64,000 nt of DNA from an uncultured Lachnospiraceae bacterium (GCA_902797025.1 CADBRN010000016.1:723-64722), one strand, 5' to 3'; positions 26,348 through 35,742 are shown, numbered from the stretch's first letter. Numbers and translations are program-made. Notes: generated by a model not told the origin, from the sequence alone.

Positions 26348-27979
26348 TTACTGTGCCTTTCTCTCCTTCGCCGCGCCGATCAGTCCCGCGAAAAGTGGAT
26401 GCGGGCGGTTCGGTCTGGACTTAAACTCCGGATGTCCCTGCGTTCCGACGAAATACGGATGCTCCCGGATCTCGATCATCTCGACGATCCGATTGTCCGG
26501 AGAGGTTCCCGCGATCATCATGCCGTTGTTCTCAAAGGCCTCCCGGAAATCGTTATTCACCTCATAGCGGTGCCTGTGGCGCTCCGAGATTTCCTTCTGT
26601 CCGTACAGCTGATACGATTTCGATTTTTCGTTCAGGATACACGGATAAGCGCCCAGGCGCATCGTTCCTCCGAGATCCTCGACGTCCTCCTGCTCCGGCA
26701 TGAGATGAATCACCGGATGAAGGGTATCCGGCGAGAGTTCCGCGCTGTTCGCGTCCCGGTATCCGAGCACGTCCCGCGCAAACTCAACGATCGCCATCTG
26801 CATCCCCAGGCAGATGCCGAGGAAGGGAATTTCCTTTGTTCTGGCGTACCGCGCGGCCTCGATCATGCCCTCGGTTCCGCGCTCTCCGAATCCGCCCGGG
26901 ATCAGGATACCGTCGACGCCGTCCAGATACTCCGACGCGAGCTCGTCCGGACTCTTTTCCCCGCTGCGTTTCTGCTCCAGGTCCTCAGAATCGACCCAGC
27001 GTATTTTTACATTGACACGATGTGCGATTCCCCCGTGCTTCAGCGCTTCGACGACCGAAAGATAAGCGTCGTGAAGCTGCGTGTATTTTCCGACAATCGC
27101 GATCTCGACGTCGCCTTTTGAAGAATACATCGCGTCGACCATCGCCGTCCAGTTCGCGAGATCCGGTTCCGGACAGTCGATATGCAGACACTCGCAGACC
27201 GCCTGCGCGAGGTGTTCCTTCTCCATGGCCAGCGGACACTCATACAGATATTTCACGTTCAGATTCTGAAGGACATGGCGGGACGGCACATTACAGAACA
27301 GTGCGATCTTGTCGCGGATATCCTCCGACATCGGCTCCTCGGACCGGCAGACCAGAATATCCGGCTGAATCCCGAGACCCTGGAGCGCCTTGACACTCGT
27401 CTGGGTCGGCTTTGTCTTGAGCTCGCCCGACGCATGAAGATACGGAAGCAGCGTGACATGGACCAGAATCACATTCTCGCGGCCCAGCTCCCACTGAAAC
27501 TGGCGGATCGCCTCGAGAAACGGCTGGCTCTCGATGTCGCCGACCGTACCGCCCACCTCGATGATCGCGATGCGTTCCTCCTCCGGATTTGAAGGACGGA
27601 AAAACCGGGATTTGATCTCATTTGTGATGTGCGGGATGACCTGAACCGTCCCGCCGCCGTAATCGCCGTGACGTTCCTTGTTCAGAACCGACCAGTATAT
27701 TTTTCCGGAAGTCACATTCGATTTGTAATCAAGACTCTCATCGATAAAACGCTCATAATGACCGAGATCCAGATCGGTCTCCGTTCCGTCGTCCGTGACG
27801 AACACCTCGCCGTGCTGAATCGGGTTCATCGTACCCGGATCCACATTGATATACGGATCGAATTTCTGCATCGTCACACGGTAGCCGCGCGCCTTCAGCA
27901 GGCGGCCGAGGGACGCTGCGGTAATTCCCTTTCCGAGTCCGGAAACAACTCCGCCCGTCACAAATACATACTTGGTCAT
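26348..27979 (-). CDS. pyrG: CTP synthase (glutamine-hydrolysing)
   Basis: [30 protein letters not shown]-terminus, GICLGMQ triad-amidotransferase Cys, and HRHRYE. The start overlaps the purF stop (ATGA). Confidence 0.95.
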   Translation of the reverse strand: MTKYVFVTGGVVSGLGKGITAASLGRLLKARGYRVTMQKFDPYINVDPGTMNPIQHGEVFVTDDGTETDLDLGHYERFIDESLDYKSNVTSGKIYWSVLNKERHGDYGGGTVQVIPHITNEIKSRFFRPSNPEEERIAIIEVGGTVGDIESQPFLEAIRQFQWELGRENVILVHVTLLPYLHASGELKTKPTQTSVKALQGLGIQPDILVCRSEEPMSEDIRDKIALFCNVPSRHVLQNLNVKYLYECPLAMEKEHLAQAVCECLHIDCPEPDLANWTAMVDAMYSSKGDVEIAIVGKYTQLHDAYLSVVEALKHGGIAHRVNVKIRWVDSEDLEQKRSGEKSPDELASEYLDGVDGILIPGGFGERGTEGMIEAARYARTKEIPFLGICLGMQMAIVEFARDVLGYRDANSAELSPDTLHPVIHLMPEQEDVEDLGGTMRLGAYPCILNEKSKSYQLYGQKEISERHRHRYEVNNDFREAFENNGMMIAGTSPDNRIVEMIEIREHPYFVGTQGHPEFKSRPNRPHPLFAGLIGAAKERKAQ

Positions 27980-29403
27980 TCTTTTACTCCTCTCATGTGA
28001 TCTTCAACCGGAAGTCTCGTCGGATATTTTGCGTCAAAGCAGGCTGCACAGATGTCGGAATGTCCGGACATCTCAGGAAGGTCTTCGATCCTCATATAGG
28101 CAAGAGAATCCGCCCCGATGATCCTGCGTATCTCCTCCTCCGAATGGGAGGATGCGATCAGCTGCTGATTTGACGGAACGTCGGTGCCGTAATAGCACGG
28201 ATGCAGGAAAGGCGGCGCGCTGATCCGCACGTGTACCTCCTTCGCACCGGCCTGTTTCAGCATCGTGATCAGGTTTGCCATCGTCGTGCCACGGACGATC
28301 GAATCATCCACGAGCACGATCCGCTTTCCACGGACCGCCGGCTCCAGGACGGAGAGTTTCAGCTTCACACTCGTCTCACGCTCTTCCTGGGTCGGTTTGA
28401 TAAAGGTCCTTCCGATATAACTGTTCTTATAGAAAATGATTTCAAAAGGAATCTGCGCGCCGAGAGCATATCCTCTCGCAGCGGCAAGGCCGGAATCCGG
28501 TACGCCTGCGACGATATCCGCTTCGGCCGGGTGCGTCCTTGCAAGAATTTTTCCGGCCCGGATTCTCGCGTCATAGACGGAGACACCGTCGATCGTGCTG
28601 TCGAGCCGCGCGAAGTAGATATATTCGAACACACACCGGGCGTGATGCTCCTGCGCGAGCTCCATATCGGAAAAAACATCGTCCCGCGTGATCGTCAGGA
28701 TCTCCCCCGGTTCCACATCCCGGAGAAATTTCGCCCCGACCGCCTGAAGCGCACAGCTTTCGGAGGCGACGACATACGTATTGCCCCTCACTCCGATACA
28801 CAGAGGCTTCAGACCGAGCGGGTCGCGGACCGCGATCAGCTTTCTGGGACTGCGCACCACAAGGGCGAAACCTCCTTCGAGCCGTTTCGCCGCTGCTTTG
28901 ACCGCCGCCTCGATACTCGGCGTGCGGACGCGTTCCCTCGCGATGAGATACGCGATCAGCTCGGAATCGGTCGTCGTGTGAAAGATCGCGCCGGAATATT
29001 CAAGTTCATGGCGGATCTCTGCCGTGTTGACAAGATTTCCGTTGTGCGCCAGCGCGAGTGTTCCCTTGACATAATTCAGAACGAGCGGCTGCGCGTTCTC
29101 ACGGTTCGGCGCTCCGGTCGTCGAATAGCGGCAGTGACCGATCCCGATATTGCCATGAAGGCGGTCCAGATCCTTCTTTTTAAACACCTCGCTGACGAGA
29201 CCGAGATCTTTATGATACAGATTATTGTTCGGCGGCTCATTCGTATCGGCTACTGCGATGCCGCACGATTCCTGTCCTCTGTGCTGAAGCGAGCAGAGGC
29301 CATAATAAATAAGAGGTGCGACATTTCCGCCGTCTCTGTCATAAGCACCGAAAACACCGCACTCTTCTCTCACACCATGCTGTTCATACTCGAGTTGCTG
29401 CAT
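27976..29403 (-). CDS. purF: Amidophosphoribosyltransferase (glutamine PRPP amidotransferase)
   Basis: Propeptide followed by CGVFGAY (Ntn Cys), RGQESCGI, and the PRPP loop [12 protein letters not shown]. Confidence 0.95.
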   Translation of the reverse strand: MQQLEYEQHGVREECGVFGAYDRDGGNVAPLIYYGLCSLQHRGQESCGIAVADTNEPPNNNLYHKDLGLVSEVFKKKDLDRLHGNIGIGHCRYSTTGAPNRENAQPLVLNYVKGTLALAHNGNLVNTAEIRHELEYSGAIFHTTTDSELIAYLIARERVRTPSIEAAVKAAAKRLEGGFALVVRSPRKLIAVRDPLGLKPLCIGVRGNTYVVASESCALQAVGAKFLRDVEPGEILTITRDDVFSDMELAQEHHARCVFEYIYFARLDSTIDGVSVYDARIRAGKILARTHPAEADIVAGVPDSGLAAARGYALGAQIPFEIIFYKNSYIGRTFIKPTQEERETSVKLKLSVLEPAVRGKRIVLVDDSIVRGTTMANLITMLKQAGAKEVHVRISAPPFLHPCYYGTDVPSNQQLIASSHSEEEIRRIIGADSLAYMRIEDLPEMSGHSDICAACFDAKYPTRLPVEDHMRGVKE

Positions 29404-29466
29404 ATTTTCTCCCGTTCGATCGATCGTGCATCGGTCAACCTGTGATCAGCCACCCTGCATTTGAAA

Positions 29467-29510
29467 CAAAAAAAGGGCGGCATTGTCCCACAGACATTGA
29501 CGCCATTGCC
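29467..29510 (-). promoter_or_regulatory. Terminator-like hairpin with a U7 tract in the purF-pyrG leader
   Basis: Minus-strand RNA: GGCG-u-CA-a-UGUC-uguggG-ACA-a-UG-c-CGCC followed by CUUUUUUUG. It lies about 65 nt upstream of the purF ATG and downstream of a TTTACA-17-TACTAT promoter candidate (29570-29598). Confidence 0.45.
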
Positions 29511-29629
29511 AAACTCCACATAACCAATCACAATAATAATCAGGCGCTTCCGCGCTCAGTACAGATAAAATAGTACAGCAAATCCGATTTCTTGTAAATA
29601 GCACTTCAAAAAAATAATGGCGGGAAATA

Positions 29630-29657
29630 TTGACAAGCTCCGGATTGCGTGTATACT
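29630..29657 (+). promoter_or_regulatory. Candidate sigma-A promoter upstream of asnB
   Basis: TTGACA (29630-29635), a 16-nt spacer, then TATACT (29652-29657). Confidence 0.5.
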
Positions 29658-29669
29658 AAGAACAAAAGC

Positions 29670-29707
29670 AAGGGCGCTTTGGTCATTCGACCGAAGCGCC
29701 TTTTTTT
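29670..29707 (+). terminator. Strong intrinsic terminator about 12 nt downstream of the asnB promoter (leader attenuator or tiny RNA)
   Basis: AAGGgCGCTTTGGTC-attc-GACCGAAGCGCCTT followed by TTTTTTTATTT. The stem is roughly 14 bp with one bulge and one G-U pair. Confidence 0.65.
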
Positions 29708-29769
29708 ATTTGTCCGACGCATACATATAAGAAAAATAAGAAAGCAGAAAATTTGAGGAGGAACCTGTT

Positions 29770-31356
29770 ATGTGCTCAATTTTAGGATATTGCGGATCTA
29801 CCGCTTCCATGGAGGCGGTCGCCGGGGCGTTGTCCGCAACCGATTCGAGAGGACCGGACGACAGCAGAATCATCGATACAGGAAATGGATTTCTCGGTTT
29901 CAACCGTCTGGCCATCATGGGACTCACGGCTTCAGGAATGCAGCCGTTCACCCGGGAGGACGGAAGCGCCGTCGTCTGCAACGGCGAGATTTACGGGTTC
30001 CGGCCGGTCAAAGAGCTGCTTGAAAAAGAAGGCTATACCTTTGAGAGCGACAGCGACTGTGAGATTCTTCTTCCGATGTACGAGCGGCAGGGTACGGATA
30101 TGTTCCGCTGGCTCGACGCGGAATTCGCTCTTGTCCTCTATGATGCAAAAAGTGATTCCTACGTCGCGGCGCGGGACCCGATCGGGATCCGCCCTCTGTA
30201 CTACGGTTATGATAAAGAGGGAACGATCGTATTCGCTTCCGAGCCGAAGAACCTCGTGGAGCTGGTCGACAAAATCTTCCCGTTCCCGCCCGGTCACTAC
30301 TATAAAGACGGGAAATTCGTATGTTACCGTGATCTGTCCGATGTCCGGGAATATTCCCATGACAGTATGGATGTAATCGCGAAAAATATCCGTACGAAGC
30401 TCGTGAAGGGCGTTGAGAAACGGCTTGACGCGGACGCCCCGGTCGGATTTCTTCTGTCCGGCGGCCTTGATTCGTCCCTGGTCTGCGGCATCGCGGCAAA
30501 GTACCTGGACCGTCCGATCCGCACGTTCGCGATCGGCATGGACATCGACGCCATCGACCTGAAATACGCGCGCGAGGTTGCCGATTACATTCACAGTGAC
30601 CACACCGACGTCATCATCACAAAGGACGACGTCATCGGCGCACTGGAACCGGTCGTCAAACTGCTCGCAACGTATGATATCACCACGATCCGCGCTTCGA
30701 TCGGAATGTATCTGGTCTGCAAATACATTCACGAGAACACCGATATCCGCGTTCTTCTCACCGGAGAAATCTCCGATGAACTGTTCGGATATAAATATAC
30801 CGATTTCGCGCCGAGTGCGGAAGCCTTCCAGAAAGAAGCGGAAAAACGGGTGCGCGAACTGCATATGTACGACGTGCTCCGGGCGGACCGCTGCATCAGC
30901 GTCAACAGTCTGGAAGCACGCGTTCCCTTCGGTGATCTTGATTTCGCCGATTACGTCATGCACATCGAGCCGGAGAAGAAGCTGAACCGCTATAAAAAGG
31001 GAAAATACCTGCTCCGCCACGCCTTTGAGGGCGCGGACGTCATCCCGTATGACATCCTGATGCGCGAAAAGGCCGCGTTCTCGGACGCGGTCGGACATTC
31101 GCTCCGCGATGACCTGCAGGAATACGCGGAGAGTATGTACACCGACGGGGAGTACGAGACACTCCGCAGGAAATATACACACGCAACGCCGTTCACAAAA
31201 GAATCGCTTCTGTACCGCGAGCTTTTCGAGAAATACTATCCCGGACAGTCGCAGATGATTGTGGATTTCTGGATGCCGAACAAGAGCTGGGAAGGCTGCG
31301 ATGTCAACGACCCGTCCGCCCGTGTTCTCTCCAACTACGGTGCAAGTGGCAAATAA
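29770..31356 (+). CDS. asnB: Asparagine synthetase (glutamine-hydrolysing)
   Basis: MCSILGY (Ntn Cys2) and the FLLSGGLDSS PP-loop. 528 aa. GGAGG lies 8 nt upstream of the start. Confidence 0.9.
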   Translation: MCSILGYCGSTASMEAVAGALSATDSRGPDDSRIIDTGNGFLGFNRLAIMGLTASGMQPFTREDGSAVVCNGEIYGFRPVKELLEKEGYTFESDSDCEILLPMYERQGTDMFRWLDAEFALVLYDAKSDSYVAARDPIGIRPLYYGYDKEGTIVFASEPKNLVELVDKIFPFPPGHYYKDGKFVCYRDLSDVREYSHDSMDVIAKNIRTKLVKGVEKRLDADAPVGFLLSGGLDSSLVCGIAAKYLDRPIRTFAIGMDIDAIDLKYAREVADYIHSDHTDVIITKDDVIGALEPVVKLLATYDITTIRASIGMYLVCKYIHENTDIRVLLTGEISDELFGYKYTDFAPSAEAFQKEAEKRVRELHMYDVLRADRCISVNSLEARVPFGDLDFADYVMHIEPEKKLNRYKKGKYLLRHAFEGADVIPYDILMREKAAFSDAVGHSLRDDLQEYAESMYTDGEYETLRRKYTHATPFTKESLLYRELFEKYYPGQSQMIVDFWMPNKSWEGCDVNDPSARVLSNYGASGK

Positions 31357-31401
31357 ACGGCAATCACCTTACATCCTCCATATCTTCTTCTATCTTGATG
31401 C

Positions 31402-31450
31402 AGATGGGGACTGCACCGGTCTTTCAGAGACCGGTCAGTCCCCATCTTTT
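31402..31450 (+). terminator. asnB terminator; also faces the 3' end of the LRR gene
   Basis: AGATGGGGACTG-ca-CCGGTCT-ttcag-AGACCGG-t-CAGTCCCCATCT followed by TTTT. Confidence 0.75.
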
Positions 31451-31461
31451 GCACTGCCGGA

Positions 31462-32760
31462 TCAGAGTGAAAAATCAAATTCACGCGGCGCCAGTGCCCG
31501 GTGTTTATAATCCATCAACTCCGCCATCACCTCTTTCGCGGATCCGGACGCGGCCTCAGACGCGGCACCGATCAGGCTGTCTGCGTTCTCATCCGTCACC
31601 ATGCCCAGTGATTCCAGTTTTTTCAGCAGTCTGGTGTTGTTTTCTTTCGCGAGCATCGCGATGATTTCCCGGATATGCCCGGACAGAATCGTCCGGAATG
31701 CGGCGGCTGTCTCCTCCGCGAGGTCAACCGGGTATTCCAGACGGCTGCAGATCATCCGGACGCGGTCGGTATTGACGTGCAGACTCTGAAGTTCCCGGTC
31801 GCAAAATCTGAAATCATAGAGTTTTCCATTGACCCCGAACTGCCTGAGCAGTCCCTTCAGAAGGTACGTATCGGTCTGCGGAAAACAGATCTCCAGTCCG
31901 CAGAGACATACTTCGGTCATCGAACAATCTGCAAACGCATCCTCACCGATCTCCCTGACGCTTCCCGGTATCTCCACGCGGCGGATCTCCGACCGGAGAA
32001 AAGCCTCGGAGGCAATTCGCGTCACCCCTTCACGGATCCGGTACGTGCCGCACCTTCCCAGATACCGGAACAAAGTCATCCCGTCCGGATCTTTCCGGTA
32101 CAGAACCGGTCCGTCGGCGAAAAAGCGCGGATTTTCTTCCGCGACGCCGATCCTCCGGATCCCCGGATTCTTCGAGAACGGATTTTTCACGTTTGAAAAA
32201 GTTCCTTCGCGGATTTCCACGAGAGATGCCGGGATGTGAACCTCCTCCAGCGTCTCCAGACCGGAAAAGGCATCGTGCGCGATCGACTCCGTCCCTTCCG
32301 GGATTATAAAACGGTTTCCCGGATCGTGCGGATCGGCCAGAATCAGTTCCCTGCCGTGGAACAGGCCGTATCGGTCGCTTCGATAAAAACGGTTTCGCGG
32401 ATCGATTTCAAGATGGCAGGGAAGTTCCCTCCCAACGCCGATTTTTACGACGGTTGACGGGATTTTTACGTGAGACAGTGCCGTCGCCGTGAAAGCATCT
32501 TCACCGATTTCCAGAAGCCCCTCGGAAAGGATCAGTTCACTCAGGCTGATACACAGTTCAAACGCATGCGGCCCGATCCTCCGGACCTCCGGCGGAACCT
32601 CGATGCGCACCGTTTCCATCGCCTCCCCGTAGAAGGCGCGCGTTCCAATGGCGCGCACCGGAAGTCCGCCGATCGTCCCGGGTATTTTCACGATGCGCCC
32701 TGCGCCGTGGCAGAACGTCACCCGGACACCGTCGCCGTACGTCTCAAAATCAAACTGCAT
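31462..32760 (-). CDS. Cytoplasmic leucine-rich-repeat protein (BspA/LRR_5 type) with a non-LRR C-terminal tail
   Basis: Repeated units such as KIPGTIGGLPVRAIGTRAFYG, EVPPEVRRIGPHAFELC, KIPSTVVKIG, HIPASLVEIREGTFS and EIPGSVREIGEDAFADC. No signal peptide or TM segment. GAGAGG lies upstream of the ATG. The gap to the AAA+ gene is 19 nt. Confidence 0.7.
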   Translation of the reverse strand: MQFDFETYGDGVRVTFCHGAGRIVKIPGTIGGLPVRAIGTRAFYGEAMETVRIEVPPEVRRIGPHAFELCISLSELILSEGLLEIGEDAFTATALSHVKIPSTVVKIGVGRELPCHLEIDPRNRFYRSDRYGLFHGRELILADPHDPGNRFIIPEGTESIAHDAFSGLETLEEVHIPASLVEIREGTFSNVKNPFSKNPGIRRIGVAEENPRFFADGPVLYRKDPDGMTLFRYLGRCGTYRIREGVTRIASEAFLRSEIRRVEIPGSVREIGEDAFADCSMTEVCLCGLEICFPQTDTYLLKGLLRQFGVNGKLYDFRFCDRELQSLHVNTDRVRMICSRLEYPVDLAEETAAAFRTILSGHIREIIAMLAKENNTRLLKKLESLGMVTDENADSLIGAASEAASGSAKEVMAELMDYKHRALAPREFDFSL

Positions 32761-32779
32761 ACCGACCTCTCATCTGTTC

Positions 32780-34297
32780 TCAGAACTCCCCGAACGCCTG
32801 TGCCTCCCGCATCAGGCTTCCGCCGCGTTCACTGAGCATGAATTTCCTGTTGAACTTATAGTATGGTTCGCATCCGTGATCCGCAATAAACCTCGCGCTT
32901 CGCTTTCCGACCGTCAGATTCGTCACGAGTACCAGCATCTCATTTCCGACCCCGAAGTTTTCTTCGACGAAGCGGAACAGATTGTCCAGCTCGCCGCTGA
33001 TCTCCCTCTGGCGTGTCTTCATCTTCTCAACACGCGAAGCAAAATCACCGCTCACGAGTGCGAACGCAGCTTCCTGATCCGCCGGTTTTTCCAGACGCAG
33101 CTTCTGAAGTGCAGCCGCGGCGAAAGAGATCGGATAAGCAAAACTTCTCTGCTGCTGCTCGGTCAGCGCGTTCGCCGCCTCCGCCTTCTTCATCTGCGCG
33201 CGGCTGGATCCGGCGATCGTTTCAAGTTCCATCTCCATCGTATCCGAGGGATCCTCACGGAGCGCCGACTTCGCCGCGGCCAGACTTCCGTGAAGTTTTT
33301 TCAGGCTCTCCTCCGTCTCGACCTCCTCGTTGATCTCGGGAAGCAGCGCTTCCATCAATAGTCCCATGATCGTGATCCGCTCATCAAACGACGCGCTCTG
33401 TGCCCTGCGGCGCACCTCCGCGCTTTCGCGGCCGTGGAGGATCTCGTCGACCTCATAATCCGTCCGGTATTTATTGTACAATTCGTAATATGTGGAGAAC
33501 TCCGCGCAGATCCGCGGATCGTGGAGATACTGTCCGATCAGTGTCTCATCGACCGGAAATCCCATCTCCTCATAGAGTCCGATCGCCTTTGACAGATCTT
33601 CCCATCCGCGAGCGGTCACATACTGCTTTCCGTCGACGGTTGTCCCGATATGATAGAAATCCTCATTCCGGATCTCCAGCCATGTCAGGATCGAGCGGTG
33701 AACGCCGGCCGTCTCCGCATATTTTTTCCAGGATTCAAAATCAGGCTCGACGGTCATGACCTTCAGACGGTCCAGCGTGGCGATATCGAATTCCCGCGCG
33801 GAACGATTGAACTCCGGCGGATTGCCTGCGGTCACAATGACCCATCCCTCCGGAACCTTCCGGTTTCCGAAGGTTTTGTACTGCAGGAACTGAAGCATCG
33901 ACGGCCCGAGCGTCTCAGAAACACAGTTGATTTCGTCCAGAAAGAGAATTCCTTCTCTTTTCCCGCTTTTCTCCATCGTATCGTAGACCGACGCGATGAT
34001 CTCGCTCATCGTATACATGGAGACGTCAATCTCCTCATCCCCGTATTGTTTTTTCACGATAAACGGAAGTCCGAGGGCGCTCTGACGTGTATGATGTGTC
34101 ATTGAATACGATACAAGCGCGATGTCCATCTCCCGGGCGACCTGCTCCATGATCGCGGTCTTTCCGATTCCCGGCGCGCCGAGCAGGAAAACCGGCCGCT
34201 GCTGCACCGTCGGAATCCGGTAATTTCCATACTCATCCTTCGCGAGGTAGATGGAGACTGCCTGCCTGATCTGCTGCTTTGCTTCTGCGATATTCAT
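32780..34297 (-). CDS. MoxR/AAA_5-type AAA+ ATPase with a long helical C-terminal extension
   Basis: Walker A is VFLLGAPGIGKTAI and Walker B is ILFLDEIN, followed by VIVTAGNPPEFN. I trimmed the start to the ATG at 34297 (MNIAEAKQQIRQ). Confidence 0.8.
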   Translation of the reverse strand: MNIAEAKQQIRQAVSIYLAKDEYGNYRIPTVQQRPVFLLGAPGIGKTAIMEQVAREMDIALVSYSMTHHTRQSALGLPFIVKKQYGDEEIDVSMYTMSEIIASVYDTMEKSGKREGILFLDEINCVSETLGPSMLQFLQYKTFGNRKVPEGWVIVTAGNPPEFNRSAREFDIATLDRLKVMTVEPDFESWKKYAETAGVHRSILTWLEIRNEDFYHIGTTVDGKQYVTARGWEDLSKAIGLYEEMGFPVDETLIGQYLHDPRICAEFSTYYELYNKYRTDYEVDEILHGRESAEVRRRAQSASFDERITIMGLLMEALLPEINEEVETEESLKKLHGSLAAAKSALREDPSDTMEMELETIAGSSRAQMKKAEAANALTEQQQRSFAYPISFAAAALQKLRLEKPADQEAAFALVSGDFASRVEKMKTRQREISGELDNLFRFVEENFGVGNEMLVLVTNLTVGKRSARFIADHGCEPYYKFNRKFMLSERGGSLMREAQAFGEF

Positions 34298-34365
34298 TTC
34301 CGAAATCCTTTCTGTAAACGATATTGATGCGGGACGTGCCCGCCGGCGTGATCCATCACGGCGTC

Positions 34366-35742
34366 CTAAATCCGGTCGGTGTCCGAAATGGCCAGATCCT
34401 CCTCCGCCACGTCCAGACGGATCGCCCATGGCGGTACATTCTTTATGTGCTGACGCGTCTTCAGAAATACAAATCCCGTTTTATACGGCGGCATCTTCGA
34501 CGGAAACGTTCCGAGACCGTCCGTGAAGTACAGAAGACCGCACAGCTCATGCATCCCGCCCTTTTTCTGAAGCTCTTCGACATAATCGAACACCGGCCGG
34601 AAATCCGTCCCGCCTCCGCCGCTGATCTCCACTTTTTTCAGATAGCGGTCAAATTCCTCCGGCGAGCTCAGCTTATCATCCTTCTGGATCTTCGCATCGC
34701 ACTGAATGATGTGCACCGCCGCGTGCGCGAAAAAATCTCCCGACTCCTCCAACACCGAAGCGGTGTGCGAGAGGAAGTTCCGCACCGTCCGTCCCATCGT
34801 CGATCCGGACGTATCGATCGCGATCACAAAATCACGGATCCGATTCGTGTCGCGGTACTCGAGCGGTTCGATCAGCGGCATGTTTTTGTAGAGCTGCATC
34901 CCGTACAGATAGTAGATATAATCAAACTCATCCGGATTGATATGCATCTCCTCATTCCACGTAAGAAATTTCCGCAGAAACGATGAATAGTCGTAGCGGC
35001 TTCGGCGGGCATTCAGAATATTGTCCGTCATCACGTCCGGAAGATCCCCCTGATGTTTCTCATACGTGTCCATCAGGATCTTCGTCCCCCGCGTGATGCG
35101 CCCCCATTCTTCCCCGGTTTTCTCGAAACTTCCGATGTTTCTGTGGAGCACCTCCGGATGGTTGATAAACTCCTCCGGGGCCCAGAAGCGGTGTACGTCC
35201 CGCACAAACAGCGGCGCACTTCCAAGAAGCGTCTCCGTTTCCTTCGGATTCATGTAAAAATAATGGTACAGGTTCTCCGCGGTGATCTTTCCGGCGCGCA
35301 GCTTCAGTTCGCCGATGAAGCGGATACGTTCCCGGTCCCCCGCGGTCCGGAGCAGATCCCAGTTCAGCTCAAGCATCACATTTTCGACTGCGAGATCCGC
35401 CGCAAAATCCCAGTATCGGGAATTCAGCCGGTCATAGTGGAACGGATGCTGAAAAATACAGTGCAGAAGCATATGAAGATAAATCCTCGGCAGAAGCCCC
35501 TCTTCCCGGCGAAAGCATGCGATCACCTGATTTTCATCGCAGATGATCCGGCTTCCGTTCGTGCCGAATCCCTCCGGCCGCTTCATTTTTTCAAAGCCGT
35601 TGTGATAAAAAACGACCGGCATTTTCAATACCGCCCGGTTGAAATACGGCATATTTACGATCAGCTGATCCCGCGTGTAATCAAAAATCTTCCGGGCCAG
35701 CTTCTTCGCATAAATTTCTTTTCCATCGTCATGATCTGCCAT
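34366..35742 (-). CDS. VWA-domain protein with a DUF2201-like putative metallopeptidase N-domain (HExxH degenerate)
   Basis: The N-domain reads RIYLHMLLHCIFQHPF, so the Glu of HExxH is replaced by Met. The C-terminal VWA has a MIDAS-like motif, FVIAIDTSGST. I trimmed the start to the ATG at 35742, after GGAGGTG. Confidence 0.75.
   Translation of the reverse strand: MADHDDGKEIYAKKLARKIFDYTRDQLIVNMPYFNRAVLKMPVVFYHNGFEKMKRPEGFGTNGSRIICDENQVIACFRREEGLLPRIYLHMLLHCIFQHPFHYDRLNSRYWDFAADLAVENVMLELNWDLLRTAGDRERIRFIGELKLRAGKITAENLYHYFYMNPKETETLLGSAPLFVRDVHRFWAPEEFINHPEVLHRNIGSFEKTGEEWGRITRGTKILMDTYEKHQGDLPDVMTDNILNARRSRYDYSSFLRKFLTWNEEMHINPDEFDYIYYLYGMQLYKNMPLIEPLEYRDTNRIRDFVIAIDTSGSTMGRTVRNFLSHTASVLEESGDFFAHAAVHIIQCDAKIQKDDKLSSPEEFDRYLKKVEISGGGGTDFRPVFDYVEELQKKGGMHELCGLLYFTDGLGTFPSKMPPYKTGFVFLKTRQHIKNVPPWAIRLDVAEEDLAISDTDRI

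Noticed and set aside
29404-29598. Known riboswitch classes (purine, ZTP/pfl, PRPP-ykkC) or a PyrR binding loop in the purF-pyrG leader.
   Set aside because: None of the conserved cores I remember is visible. I left it as an unclassified attenuator candidate pending cmscan.
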